A DNA stretch of 64,000 nt from Desulfurivibrionaceae bacterium (GCA_046537975.1 JBKHJR010000001.1:688-64687), one strand, 5' to 3'; positions 1 to 9,660 are shown, counted from the first letter of the stretch. The notes: a model not told the origin generated them from the sequence alone. A program made the numbers and translations.

Positions 1-265
1 CCTGGGGGGCTACCCCAAGCCGGGCCTTGACCTGTTTTTCATTTCCGGCAACCTGGATGCCCATTGCTTCCAGACTACCCGAGCTTATAGTTGCCAGGCC
101 CAGCAGCATATTGATAATAGTGGTCTTACCTGCCCCGTTAGGCCCCAAAAGTCCGAGGCACTCACCTCTGTTGACCGAAAAGTTGACCTTTCTGACTACG
201 GGCTGGCCGCTGTAAGTCTTTACCAGGTCATGGGCGCTTATTATGTGTTCATCAGTGAAATTCAA
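1..265 (-). CDS. ABC transporter ATP-binding protein, N-terminal part (gene continues beyond window start)
   Basis: My own reverse-strand translation from TTG at 265 reads LNFTDEHIISAHDLVKTYSGQPVVRKVNFSVNRGECLGLLGPNGAGKTTIINMLLGLATISSGSLEAMG..., with Walker A GPNGAGKT. It is absent from the ORF track because it has no ATG. An in-frame TAA lies just upstream, so TTG is the only available start. It begins 9 nt after the MarC-like gene stop. Confidence 0.8.
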   Translation of the reverse strand, partial: MNFTDEHIISAHDLVKTYSGQPVVRKVNFSVNRGECLGLLGPNGAGKTTIINMLLGLATISSGSLEAMGIQVAGNEKQVKARLGVAPQ

Positions 266-274
266 ATCAGTTTT

Positions 275-871
275 TTAGTTAAATGATGAGGAAAGAATGA
301 TCTTAAGGCCCTCCAGAAACATCTCTACAGAAATTGCCGTAAGAATGAGTCCCATTAAATGCTGCAGGGCGTTCAACCCCTTTTTGCCCAGGATCCGGTC
401 CAGCTTTGAGGAGCTGATCAGGATTATGCTGGAGACCATCCAGGCCAGAAAGACGGCTAAAAGCCAGTCGAGCCAGCGGTCAGGGCTCTGCCCCATAAGA
501 AGCATTACGGTGGCGATGGCTGAAGGTCCGGCAATGCAGGGGATGGCTAAGGGCACGATCAAAGGCTCTTCTGTTGAGGAACCCCCGAAGATGTATTCTG
601 GTTCACCGAAAATCATCTTAATGGCAATCATGAACAGGATTATACCTCCGGCGATTTGAAGAGAGGCCTCTGATATCTGCAGGATGTCCAGCAGCAAAGG
701 TCCCGCGATCAGGAAAATAATCAGGACAGCCAGGGAGATAAGCATTTCCCTGATTATGATTCGCTGCTTTCTCTCAGCTGGTATGCCCCTGAGCATGCAT
801 AAAAATACCGGGACATTACCAAAGGGATCCATGACCAGAAAAAGAAGGATTGTGGCAGAAATAAAAGACAT
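275..871 (-). CDS. MarC/UPF0056 family integral membrane protein
   Basis: ORF 275..901. The N-terminus ...SFISATILLFLVMDPFGNVPVFL... is the typical MarC-family opening, and the protein has multiple hydrophobic helices. I prefer the internal Met (MSFIS) at 871. Confidence 0.7.
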   Translation of the reverse strand: MSFISATILLFLVMDPFGNVPVFLCMLRGIPAERKQRIIIREMLISLAVLIIFLIAGPLLLDILQISEASLQIAGGIILFMIAIKMIFGEPEYIFGGSSTEEPLIVPLAIPCIAGPSAIATVMLLMGQSPDRWLDWLLAVFLAWMVSSIILISSSKLDRILGKKGLNALQHLMGLILTAISVEMFLEGLKIILSSSFN

Positions 872-1062
872 GTATTTAATATAATATAAAAAAATAATCA
901 AACAAGATTATATGGTAAAAGAAGAAGTTTTAGTTTGTGCCTGCTCCTTTTTTCCGTTTGAATTATTGACATAGTTATTATAATTAAAAGATGAGTCAAT
1001 CGTTAGCTGCTGGGCTGACAATCTCCTTTGGATCCCGGAATTTTTAACCCTGAACTCTCAAT

Positions 1063-2424
1063 ATGCCTATTTATAAGCGCAAGGATACTCAAAAGCTCAT
1101 TCAAGAGGTGGAGAAAGGGGCGGTGGCTCCCGTCTACCTGATCCATGGTGAACGCTATTTATGCCGGAGTGTCGGAGATGAGCTTATCGACGCCTTGTGC
1201 AGGGAACGGCGTGAAGATCAGGTTAATGTCAAGCGGTTGGAGGGGGAAAATGAGGATCCCGTCCACATTGTCAATCTTCTTAAGTCTTACAGTCTTTTTA
1301 CCGGCAGAGAGATTGTCAGGGTGATGGACTCTAAACTGCTTGTTTCCAAAGCCAATAGCCGGGCCCTCTGGGACCGGGCCTTAAAGGCTTATGCCGATAA
1401 TAAGAGAGAAGAGGCGGGCCGCTGCCTTTCCCGCCTCCTCGATCTGGCTTCCCTTGAGACTTGTGCCGAACTGGCCGAACTCGGCTCTGAGCAGTGGCAG
1501 AAACTGTTTGGCTTCTCCAGGCCGGCAGACCTGAAATGGCTTGCTGATATCAGTATACCGGCGAAGGGGAAAGCTTCCCGCAAAGAGGATCGGGACAGTG
1601 AACTCGTCTCTTTCCTGGAGGGCAGGCAGTCCAGTGACAATATCCTTATCCTGATCAGTGAGGAGGTGGATAAAAGGAAAAAACTCTACCGAACCATAGA
1701 CCGGCAGGGAGTAATTGTTGATCTTTCCGTTCCTGCCGGGGAAAATGCCGCGGCCCGCAAGGAAAAGGATTCGGTTGTCCGGGAGCTTATTGCCGGGAGA
1801 ATGCGGGAAATGGGTAAAAAGCCCGGGCCGGCCGTGATCGACAATATGGTTGAGCGGGTCGGTTTCCATCCGGTAGCCGCAGTCCTGGAAACAGAAAAGC
1901 TCGCCCTTTTCTGTGATGACAAGGATATTATAGAGGTTGCGGACGTAGAGGCCGTAATCAGCAGGACCAGAGAAGAAGCCCTGTATGAGCTGAACGAGGC
2001 GGTGGCGGATCTGGATCCGGGCCGTTCTCTCCTGATTGCTGACAGACTTATGGACAGAGGTCTCCATTCCCTGGCCATAATTGCCGGATTGAGAAAAGTG
2101 TTCCGCAGGTTCCTCTATCTCCGTTTCCTGCAGGAACAAGGGCCTGTTCCCTATTCTCCGGGACAGTCCTACAATTTTTTCCAAAAAGATTATCTTAACC
2201 GGCTGAAAGAATCACAGTACGCTGAATCCCCTTTTCTGAAAGGACATCCTTATGCCCTGTACAGGTCCTTCAGGCAGGCTGAAAAATTGAGTTCCACTTT
2301 TTTGCGTCACGGGCTGAAGAAACTTCTGAAGGCTGAATACCGGCTGAAAGGATCAGGAATCAGGGACGATCTGGTTATGGCGGATTTTTTCTTCTCCTTT
2401 CTCACTGGACAAGAAGGGGATTAG
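1063..2424 (+). CDS. holA: DNA polymerase III delta subunit (HolA-like), unusually long
   Basis: The N-terminus VAPVYLIHGERYLCRSVGDELIDAL and the C-terminal helical domain ALYELNEAVADLDPGRSLLIADRLMDRGLHSLAIIAGLRKVFRRFLYLR follow the HolA pattern. At 453 aa it is about 100 aa longer than typical HolA. Confidence 0.6.
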   Translation: MPIYKRKDTQKLIQEVEKGAVAPVYLIHGERYLCRSVGDELIDALCRERREDQVNVKRLEGENEDPVHIVNLLKSYSLFTGREIVRVMDSKLLVSKANSRALWDRALKAYADNKREEAGRCLSRLLDLASLETCAELAELGSEQWQKLFGFSRPADLKWLADISIPAKGKASRKEDRDSELVSFLEGRQSSDNILILISEEVDKRKKLYRTIDRQGVIVDLSVPAGENAAARKEKDSVVRELIAGRMREMGKKPGPAVIDNMVERVGFHPVAAVLETEKLALFCDDKDIIEVADVEAVISRTREEALYELNEAVADLDPGRSLLIADRLMDRGLHSLAIIAGLRKVFRRFLYLRFLQEQGPVPYSPGQSYNFFQKDYLNRLKESQYAESPFLKGHPYALYRSFRQAEKLSSTFLRHGLKKLLKAEYRLKGSGIRDDLVMADFFFSFLTGQEGD

Positions 2425-2539
2425 GGTTTAATGTTTGCAATAGAAAATGGTAAAACTCAAACCCGTAATCATAAAACCTGAATCAGGAATTGATACCTCA
2501 GAACTCAGAATTGAGAATTGAGAAACAAGATTAAAAACT

Positions 2540-2848
2540 ATGCCGGAAAGCGGGACCAAAGAAAGTGTAGTTGTTGAAGAAAAAGAACAGGTGGAGGAAC
2601 CTCCTCTTTACAAGGTGCTCCTGCATAATGATGATTATACAACCATGGATTTTGTGGTAATGATTTTAGAGAGTGTTTTTCATAAATCGACCTCTGAAGC
2701 CACCAAAATAATGCTCAACGTTCATCAGCAGGGCATCGGTATAGCAGGAGTCTATACAAGGGAAATAGCTGAGACAAAGATTAATATTGTCCATGATATG
2801 GCCCGCAAGAACGAGTACCCTCTGCACTGTTCCATGGAAAAGGTGTAG
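2540..2848 (+). CDS. clpS: ATP-dependent Clp protease adaptor ClpS
   Basis: PPLYKVLLHNDDYTTMDFVVMILESVFHKS...ATKIMLNVHQQGIGIAGVYTREIAETK is a textbook ClpS core. It lies directly upstream of clpA. Confidence 0.95.
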   Translation: MPESGTKESVVVEEKEQVEEPPLYKVLLHNDDYTTMDFVVMILESVFHKSTSEATKIMLNVHQQGIGIAGVYTREIAETKINIVHDMARKNEYPLHCSMEKV

Positions 2849-2850
2849 AC

Positions 2851-5091
2851 ATGATTAGTCACAAAGTAGAAATAGCATTGGTAATGGCCATAAGGGAGGC
2901 CAAGAAGCTCCGCCACGAGCATGTGACCGTAGAGCATCTCCTATACGGTCTGTTATCAGACGATTTTGCAGAAAAAATTATTGAAGAATGCGGCGGCAGT
3001 GCCGAAAATCTTGAAAAAAATCTGGAACAATTTTTCCGTGTTCATGTTCCTGTAATTGAGTCAGCTACCGAACATGATCCTGTTCAGACCATGGGATTCA
3101 ACCGGGTGCTCCAGCGCTCTATAGCCCATGTCCAGAGCTGCGGTAAGAAAGAGGTCGATTCCGGGGATGTTCTTACCTCGCTGTTTGCCGAGCAGGATTC
3201 CTTTGCCGTTTATTATCTGGCTATGGAAGGCCTGACCCGGCTGGCGGTGATGGAGTATCTTTCCCAGAAAAAAGATCCTGCGGCCGGGGAAGAGCAGTTC
3301 ACTTACTTTGAGAAAAGTGAGGAGGAACAGCCAAAGGACAAGCCCCAGACTGCTCTGGAAAAATATACGGTCGATTTCAACGGAAAGGCGGCTGCCGGTC
3401 TCCTCGATCCCCTGATCGGCAGGGAAGATGAATTGAGAAGGCTTATGCAGATTCTCTGCCGGCGCCGTAAGAATAATCCGCTGTTGGTGGGGGAGCCCGG
3501 GGTGGGTAAAACAGCTATCGCCGAAGGCCTGGCTTTAAAGATATACGAAGGAAAGGTTCCTGAGCCCCTTGGAAATGTCAAGCTGCATCAGCTTGACATG
3601 GGTGGGCTCCTGGCCGGGACCAAGTACCGCGGTGACTTTGAGGAACGCCTCAAGGCGATTATCAGCGAAGTGGAAGATGATCCGGAGGTCATACTGGTTA
3701 TTGATGAAATCCATACAGTGGTAGGGGCCGGAGCAACCAGCGGCGGCAGCATGGATGCCTCCAATCTGCTGAAACCGGCCCTGCAGGCCGGGACTTTGCG
3801 TTGTATAGGCTCGACAACCTATGAGGAGTACCGCAACAATATTGAGAAGGACCGGGCCCTGTCCCGGCGCTTCCAGAAAGTGGACATTGAAGAGCCTTCC
3901 ATTGAAGATACTGTCAGTATTCTTAAGGGCCTGCAGTCAAAGTATGAGGATCATCACCGTGTCAAGTACTCCAAAAAATCAATCAAAACCACGGCTGAAC
4001 TGGCAGACCGGTATATCACCGAGCGTTTTCTCCCTGACAAGGCTATTGATGTCCTTGATGAGGTGGGAGCGGCCTACCGTTTGAAGGTAGGAGGCGATGG
4101 GAAGATAAAAACCATCAACGTTCGTGATGTCGAGTCAGTGATCGGTCGTATGGCCAGGATTCCGGCTAAGAATGTCTCATCCTCGGATGTGAACCAGCTC
4201 AAGAATCTTGGAGGAAATCTGAAGCTGCAGATTTACGGTCAGGATCATGCCATCGAGTCGCTGGTTACTGCGGTCAAGCGCAGCCGGGCCGGACTGAAAG
4301 AGCTGGACCGGCCTACAGGTTCTTTCCTCTTTGCCGGTCCCACCGGAGTTGGAAAAACAGAGGTGGCCAAACAGCTGGCATCCGCCCTTGGCATTCATTT
4401 TGAACGCTTTGACATGAGCGAGTATATGGAAAAACATGCGGTTGCCCGTCTTATCGGTGCTCCTCCGGGCTATGTCGGTTTTGATCAGGGGGGTCTTCTC
4501 ACTGATTCTATCAGGAAACATCCCCATTGCGTCCTTCTCCTCGATGAGATCGAAAAGGCCCATCAGGACATATTTTCCATACTTCTCCAGGTAATGGATC
4601 ACGCTACTCTGACTGACAATTCCGGCCGCAAGGCTGATTTCCGTAATGTGATTCTGATTATGACCACCAATGCCGGGGTCAGGGACATGACCGGTCAGCC
4701 CATTGGTTTTGTCTCCAGCAGGAAAGGAAAAGAGGATCGGGAAATCAAGAATCTTTTCTCTCCTGAATTCCGGAACCGCCTGGATACCATCGTCACCTTT
4801 AATTCTCTTGATATGGCGATCATGGAAAAGATTGTGGACAAGATGGTTTTTGAGCTTGAGGCCAGGCTGGCTGAGAAAAAGGTCACTATTTCCCTAACTG
4901 AAGCGGCCCGGAGTTGGCTGGCACTTAAGGGTTATGATCCGGATTACGGTGCCCGCCCCATGAGGAGGCTGATAATGACTGAGCTGGGAGACCGTTTGAC
5001 TGATGAGATCTTGTTCGGCAAACTCAGTCAGGGAGGTAGAGTGGTAATTGATCGTAATGAGGAAGATTTTATTTTCACGTATGAAGACTGA
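2851..5091 (+). CDS. clpA: ATP-dependent Clp protease ATP-binding subunit ClpA
   Basis: 746 aa with two AAA+ modules (GEPGVGKTAIAEGLA and GPTGVGKTEVAKQLA) and a Clp N domain. It starts 3 nt after clpS. Confidence 0.95.
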   Translation: MISHKVEIALVMAIREAKKLRHEHVTVEHLLYGLLSDDFAEKIIEECGGSAENLEKNLEQFFRVHVPVIESATEHDPVQTMGFNRVLQRSIAHVQSCGKKEVDSGDVLTSLFAEQDSFAVYYLAMEGLTRLAVMEYLSQKKDPAAGEEQFTYFEKSEEEQPKDKPQTALEKYTVDFNGKAAAGLLDPLIGREDELRRLMQILCRRRKNNPLLVGEPGVGKTAIAEGLALKIYEGKVPEPLGNVKLHQLDMGGLLAGTKYRGDFEERLKAIISEVEDDPEVILVIDEIHTVVGAGATSGGSMDASNLLKPALQAGTLRCIGSTTYEEYRNNIEKDRALSRRFQKVDIEEPSIEDTVSILKGLQSKYEDHHRVKYSKKSIKTTAELADRYITERFLPDKAIDVLDEVGAAYRLKVGGDGKIKTINVRDVESVIGRMARIPAKNVSSSDVNQLKNLGGNLKLQIYGQDHAIESLVTAVKRSRAGLKELDRPTGSFLFAGPTGVGKTEVAKQLASALGIHFERFDMSEYMEKHAVARLIGAPPGYVGFDQGGLLTDSIRKHPHCVLLLDEIEKAHQDIFSILLQVMDHATLTDNSGRKADFRNVILIMTTNAGVRDMTGQPIGFVSSRKGKEDREIKNLFSPEFRNRLDTIVTFNSLDMAIMEKIVDKMVFELEARLAEKKVTISLTEAARSWLALKGYDPDYGARPMRRLIMTELGDRLTDEILFGKLSQGGRVVIDRNEEDFIFTYED

Positions 5092-5206
5092 TGAGTTATG
5101 GGTTGGGCAGCTTTACCTCTAAGATAGTTGCACCAGCCTTATCCCTTCTTAATATTGAGAGATGTTCTCTCTGAATTTGTAAGTAACCATAAACAGAGGT
5201 GATTAA

Positions 5207-6136
5207 ATGTTGTTAGACAGAAAAATCTATTTGACTGCGGGACTGATCATGGCCCTTGTTTTTCTCGGCTGTTCAGATCAGTCAGAGAGCAATGCATCAG
5301 CGAATAAGTCGGAATCAGGCAAAACCGGAAGCATGCAGGCTCCATCTTCCGCCGGGGAAAAGGGAGCGTCCCCCAATGGAGCGATTGTTGAAGGAAAAGT
5401 TTCGGAAACTTTTGACAGCGGCGGTTACACTTATCTTAAACTGGACACCGAAGCAGGTGAAAAATGGGCTGCTACCGCCCAAACCGATGTGCAGAAAGGA
5501 GAGGATGTAGCACTCAAGTCCGGTCCGGTTATGCGCGATTTCCACAGCGAGAGCCTTGATCGTACTTTTCCGGAGATCATCTTCTCCGGTGGTTTAGTGG
5601 GAGAGAGTTCAGCCGGAGCAGGGCAAGGCGCCGGCATGATGGGCTCCCAAGGCAGTAACGTCGCTGATTCCGGTCAGGAGGAAGCCGATTTTCAAAATGC
5701 CCTGCAGTCGGAAGGAGGAGGAGGATCCATGTCTTCCTCTATGCAGCAGCCCGATTCCCAGGATGTAAGCGGGGGTAGTGAGAAGTCCATTACTGAAGCC
5801 CAGGACATTTCGGTAGAAAAGAGCAGTGCTGAAAATGGTTATACCATTGGCGAGATTTACAGCGAGGCAGGTGAGCTTGACGGTGAAGAGGTCCGGGTAA
5901 GAGGCAAGGTCGTGAAAGTTTTACCCAATATTATGGGCAAGACCTGGGTCCATCTTCAGGATGGGACCGGCAGCGCCGGGGAAAATACCCATGATCTGGT
6001 CTTCACTTCCGAGGAAGACAATATGCCCGGTAAGGGCCAGGAAGTCGAAATGCAGGGTGTATTGGCCAAGGATAAGGACTTCGGGGCAGGCTACAGTTAT
6101 AAGGTGATAGTGGAGAAGGCTGAAATCGTCGAGTAG
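5207..6136 (+). CDS. hypothetical secreted lipoprotein with two OB-like beta domains and a Gly/Ser/Met-rich linker
   Basis: Signal peptide plus lipobox (LVFLGC). The N-domain contains SGGYTYLKLDTEAGEKWAA. The central linker is low complexity (GAGQGAGMMGSQGS...GGGGSMSSSMQQ). The C-domain VRVRGKVVKVLPNIMGKTWVHLQDGTG looks OB-like. Confidence 0.6.
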   Translation: MLLDRKIYLTAGLIMALVFLGCSDQSESNASANKSESGKTGSMQAPSSAGEKGASPNGAIVEGKVSETFDSGGYTYLKLDTEAGEKWAATAQTDVQKGEDVALKSGPVMRDFHSESLDRTFPEIIFSGGLVGESSAGAGQGAGMMGSQGSNVADSGQEEADFQNALQSEGGGGSMSSSMQQPDSQDVSGGSEKSITEAQDISVEKSSAENGYTIGEIYSEAGELDGEEVRVRGKVVKVLPNIMGKTWVHLQDGTGSAGENTHDLVFTSEEDNMPGKGQEVEMQGVLAKDKDFGAGYSYKVIVEKAEIVE

Positions 6137-6141
6137 GCCGG

Positions 6142-7089
6142 ATGAAGATCGCGGTCATTGGTCCGGGAGCCCTGGGCAGTCTTTTTGCAGCAGGCCTGTC
6201 TGTGGGTACCGGCCATGAGGTCTGGTTGCTTGACCATGACCGGGACAGGGCCGCCCGCCTGGAAGACACCGTTTTTCTATCAGAAGAGGGAGCAGGGTAT
6301 GAGGCGGAGTTGAATATTACTGCCGACCCTGAGGACATAGGCAGTGCTGATCTCGTTCTTCTTTGCGTCAAATCGTTTGCTGTAGAGGCGGCTCTAATCG
6401 GAGCCGCCTCGCTTTTTCATTCCTCCAGCCTTCTTATAGCCTTCCAGAACGGGATAAGCCATGCCGAAATTATAAGACAGGCGATTGTCCCCGGTCATAA
6501 AGCCCTGGGGGTTACTTCCGAAGGGGCAACCCTCCTGGCTCCGGGTAAAGTAAGTCACCGGGGAACAGGGCAGACCAGTCTCGGTTTTCCGGATGACCCC
6601 GGACGGCAGGGTCGGAAAAAGCTGGAGGAGGCCGCTGATGTATTTGCTGCTGCAGGTTTTCCCTGCGCGGTGGTCGCCGATATCCGGGAATACCTGTGGC
6701 GGAAGCTTCTGGTCAATGCCGGTATTAATGGCCTTACCGTGATATATGACTGTAATAACGGTGAGCTTCTGGCTGATCCCCGGGCCAGGGAGCTGATGGC
6801 CGATGCTGTCAGGGAAGGGGCTGCTGTGGCCAGGGCCTCAGGTGTTAATCCCGGTCCAGATCCGGTCAATTATACCGAAGAGGTCTGCCGCAGGACCGCC
6901 GGAAATATATCGTCCATGCTCCAGGATATCCACCGGGGCAGACCAACGGAAATTACGGCAATCAACGGTGCCCTGGCGGCCAAGGCGGAAGCCCTGGGTA
7001 TTGCGGTACCGGTTAACCGTATGATTATTAAAAAGGTCCGGGAAGTTGAAGCACTCAATTCAAACGCAGGGCGGCCAGGTAATGAATAA
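6142..7089 (+). CDS. panE: 2-dehydropantoate 2-reductase (ketopantoate reductase)
   Basis: MKIAVIGPGALGSLFAAGL is a Rossmann N-terminus. The C-terminal SSMLQDIHRGRPTEITAINGAL is characteristic of the ApbA/PanE family. Confidence 0.85.
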   Translation: MKIAVIGPGALGSLFAAGLSVGTGHEVWLLDHDRDRAARLEDTVFLSEEGAGYEAELNITADPEDIGSADLVLLCVKSFAVEAALIGAASLFHSSSLLIAFQNGISHAEIIRQAIVPGHKALGVTSEGATLLAPGKVSHRGTGQTSLGFPDDPGRQGRKKLEEAADVFAAAGFPCAVVADIREYLWRKLLVNAGINGLTVIYDCNNGELLADPRARELMADAVREGAAVARASGVNPGPDPVNYTEEVCRRTAGNISSMLQDIHRGRPTEITAINGALAAKAEALGIAVPVNRMIIKKVREVEALNSNAGRPGNE

Positions 7090-7762
7090 GGATTTTCTTT
7101 CCGGGGTGGAACTCTTTAAGGGGCTGCCGGAAGCGCAGTTGGCAAATATATTGAGTATAAGCACCACCCGGTCTTATAAAAGGGAAGAATTGATCTTCAG
7201 CCAGGAGGATGAGGCCAGGGGCTTTTACATAGTGGTCACCGGCCGGGTCAAGGTCTTTAAATTGTCCTCCGGGGGCAAGGAGCAGATTCTTCATCTCTTT
7301 GGTCCCAAAGAACCGTTCGGAGAGGTCCCGGTATTTTCCGGCGGCACTTTTCCAGCCTATGCCCAGGCCCTGGAGCCTTCCGATCTCCTTTTCCTGCCCC
7401 GGGGCAGGCTGCGGCAGCTCTTTAGCGATGATCCCTCCTTGGCCATGAACATGCTGGCGGTACTTGCCGGTCGTCTGCGACGGTTTGCCGCCCTGATCGA
7501 GGATCTTTCCCTCAAGGAGCTGCCTGCCCGTCTGGCCACCTATCTGGTTCAGCTTCAGGATGCCGCCGGTGGGGCGGGAACCGTGTCTCTGGAAGTCTCC
7601 AAGGGCAATCTTGCCCGGATTCTGGGGGCATCTCCTGAAACCCTGTCCCGCGTGCTTAAGAAAATGACCGGGTCAGGAATTATAGAGGTGAATAAAAAGA
7701 ACATAAATATCTTGGACAGTGGGGCCCTGGAAGATATAGCTGAAGGTTTTGAAGAGTTATGA
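7082..7762 (+). CDS. Crp/Fnr family transcriptional regulator
   Basis: cNMP-binding fold (FSQEDEARGFYIVVTGRVKVFKLSSGGKEQILHLFGPKEPFGE) plus a C-terminal HTH (GNLARILGASPETLSRVLKKM). The start at Met 7082 overlaps the panE end by 8 nt. Confidence 0.85.
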   Translation: MNKDFLSGVELFKGLPEAQLANILSISTTRSYKREELIFSQEDEARGFYIVVTGRVKVFKLSSGGKEQILHLFGPKEPFGEVPVFSGGTFPAYAQALEPSDLLFLPRGRLRQLFSDDPSLAMNMLAVLAGRLRRFAALIEDLSLKELPARLATYLVQLQDAAGGAGTVSLEVSKGNLARILGASPETLSRVLKKMTGSGIIEVNKKNINILDSGALEDIAEGFEEL

Positions 7763-7944
7763 ATCAGGAATGACGAATCCAGGAAGTGAAGAAGAAATAT
7801 GGGCTATGGATCACATGGCGGCCTCTTGTCCTGCTGCAGCCGGGATACAAAAGAATTAATCAGGGTTATCCCAAGGGCATAATCTATATGCTTATTAAAT
7901 AACCCTACAAAATCAATAAACCCAACAATCCTGAAAAGTAAAAT

Positions 7945-9627
7945 ATGAGTGAAGAGCCAAATAAAATTATCTACTCCATGGATGGAGTTTCCAAGTACTA
8001 TCAGCAGAAGCCGGTTCTGGAAGATATCAGCCTGTCCTATTACTATGGCGCCAAGATCGGGGTCCTGGGCCTGAACGGGGCTGGCAAGAGTTCGCTGCTG
8101 AGAATAATGGCCGGCCTGGATACTGAATATGAAGGCAGGGTCTCCTTTTCTCCCGAGGTTTCGGTGGGCATTCTGGAACAGGAGCCTGAGCTTGATGACA
8201 GTAAAATGGTTAAGGATATTGTGGAAGAAGGCGTTCAGGAAACCATGGACCTGTTAGCCGAGTTCGATAAAATAAATGCCGGGTTTGCCGAGTCCATGAC
8301 CGACGAGGAGATGGATAAACTCATAGTCCGGCAGGGCGAGGTTCAGGAGAAGCTGGATGCCCGGGGGGCCTGGGATATTGATTCCCGTCTGGAGATGGCC
8401 ATGGATGCTCTCCGCTGTCCTGCCGGGGAAACACCGGTTAAGGTCCTCTCCGGTGGTGAGCGCCGCCGGGTAGCCCTGTGCCGGCTCCTCCTCCGTCAAC
8501 CTGATATTCTCCTCCTGGACGAGCCCACCAACCATCTTGATGCCGAAACCGTGGGCTGGTTGGAACAGCATCTCCAGCGCTATGAGGGGACAGTGATTGC
8601 AGTCACTCACGACCGTTATTTCCTGGATAACGTAGCCGGCTGGATATTGGAGCTTGACCGGGGACGCGGTATTCCCTGGAAAGGCAATTATTCTTCCTGG
8701 CTGGAGCAGAAACAGAAGCGTCTGGCCCTGGAAGAAAAGCGGGAAAGCGAGCGGCAGAAAACTCTTAAGCGGGAGATGGAGTGGATAAACATGTCTCCCA
8801 AGGGTAGGCAGACTAAATCCAAGGCCCGGATCAAGGAGTATGAAAAGCTGTTCAGCCGGGAAGAAGAGAAGCAGGCCGAGGATCTGCAGATTTATATCCC
8901 TCCCGGACCGCGATTGGGTGATGTGGTGATCAAGGCGGAAGAGGTCGTTAAGGGATTCGGGGATACCCTGCTCATGGAAGATACGAATTTTGCTCTGCCT
9001 CCGGGCAGCCTGGTGGGAGTGATTGGTCCTAACGGGGCAGGAAAGTCCACCCTTTTCAAGATGATTACCGGTGAAGAGGAGCCTGATTCCGGGGCAGTTA
9101 CCGTGGGGGAGACTGTCAAACTTGCCTACGTGGAGCAGTCCCGGGAGAGCCTGGATCCGGAGAAGAGTATCTGGGAGGCTATCTCCGACGGTCAGGATAC
9201 GGTCAAGTTAGGGGACAAGGAAATCAACTCCCGGGCTTATGTGGGAAAGTTCAATTTTTCCGGATCCGAACAGCAGAAAAAGGTGGGTCTTCTTTCAGGC
9301 GGACAGCGCAACCGGGTCCATCTGGCCCGGATTCTGAAAACCGGAGCCAATGTCATTCTTCTGGATGAGCCCAGTAACGACCTGGACGTCAATACCCTGC
9401 GCGCTCTGGAGGAGGCTCTTTTAAACTTTGCCGGCTGCGCCGTGGTGATCAGCCATGACCGCTGGTTTCTGGACAGGATCGCCACTCATATCCTGGCTTT
9501 TGAAGGTGACAGTCAGGTCGCTTTTGTCGAGGGTAATTACTCTGAGTATGAAGAAGACAAGAAGAAAAGGCTGGGGGAGGAAGCCTGCCGGCCCCACCGT
9601 ATCAAATACCGGCATTTAACCAGGTAG
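7945..9627 (+). CDS. ettA: ABC-F translational throttle ATPase EttA
   Basis: 560 aa with two ABC cassettes (GLNGAGKSS and GPNGAGKST; LSGGERRR and LSGGQRNR) and the EttA-type N-terminus IYSMDGVSKYYQQKPVLEDISLSYYYGAKIGVLG. Confidence 0.9.
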   Translation: MSEEPNKIIYSMDGVSKYYQQKPVLEDISLSYYYGAKIGVLGLNGAGKSSLLRIMAGLDTEYEGRVSFSPEVSVGILEQEPELDDSKMVKDIVEEGVQETMDLLAEFDKINAGFAESMTDEEMDKLIVRQGEVQEKLDARGAWDIDSRLEMAMDALRCPAGETPVKVLSGGERRRVALCRLLLRQPDILLLDEPTNHLDAETVGWLEQHLQRYEGTVIAVTHDRYFLDNVAGWILELDRGRGIPWKGNYSSWLEQKQKRLALEEKRESERQKTLKREMEWINMSPKGRQTKSKARIKEYEKLFSREEEKQAEDLQIYIPPGPRLGDVVIKAEEVVKGFGDTLLMEDTNFALPPGSLVGVIGPNGAGKSTLFKMITGEEEPDSGAVTVGETVKLAYVEQSRESLDPEKSIWEAISDGQDTVKLGDKEINSRAYVGKFNFSGSEQQKKVGLLSGGQRNRVHLARILKTGANVILLDEPSNDLDVNTLRALEEALLNFAGCAVVISHDRWFLDRIATHILAFEGDSQVAFVEGNYSEYEEDKKKRLGEEACRPHRIKYRHLTR

Positions 9628-9660
9628 GTTTAACCTGGAGATTGAAGGATTACCTGATTA

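Noticed and set aside
1381-2184. 267-aa minus-strand ORF inside the holA-like gene
   Set aside because: It is antisense to the better-supported plus-strand ORF, which has an SD-compatible start and HolA-like termini. The minus-strand translation is featureless.
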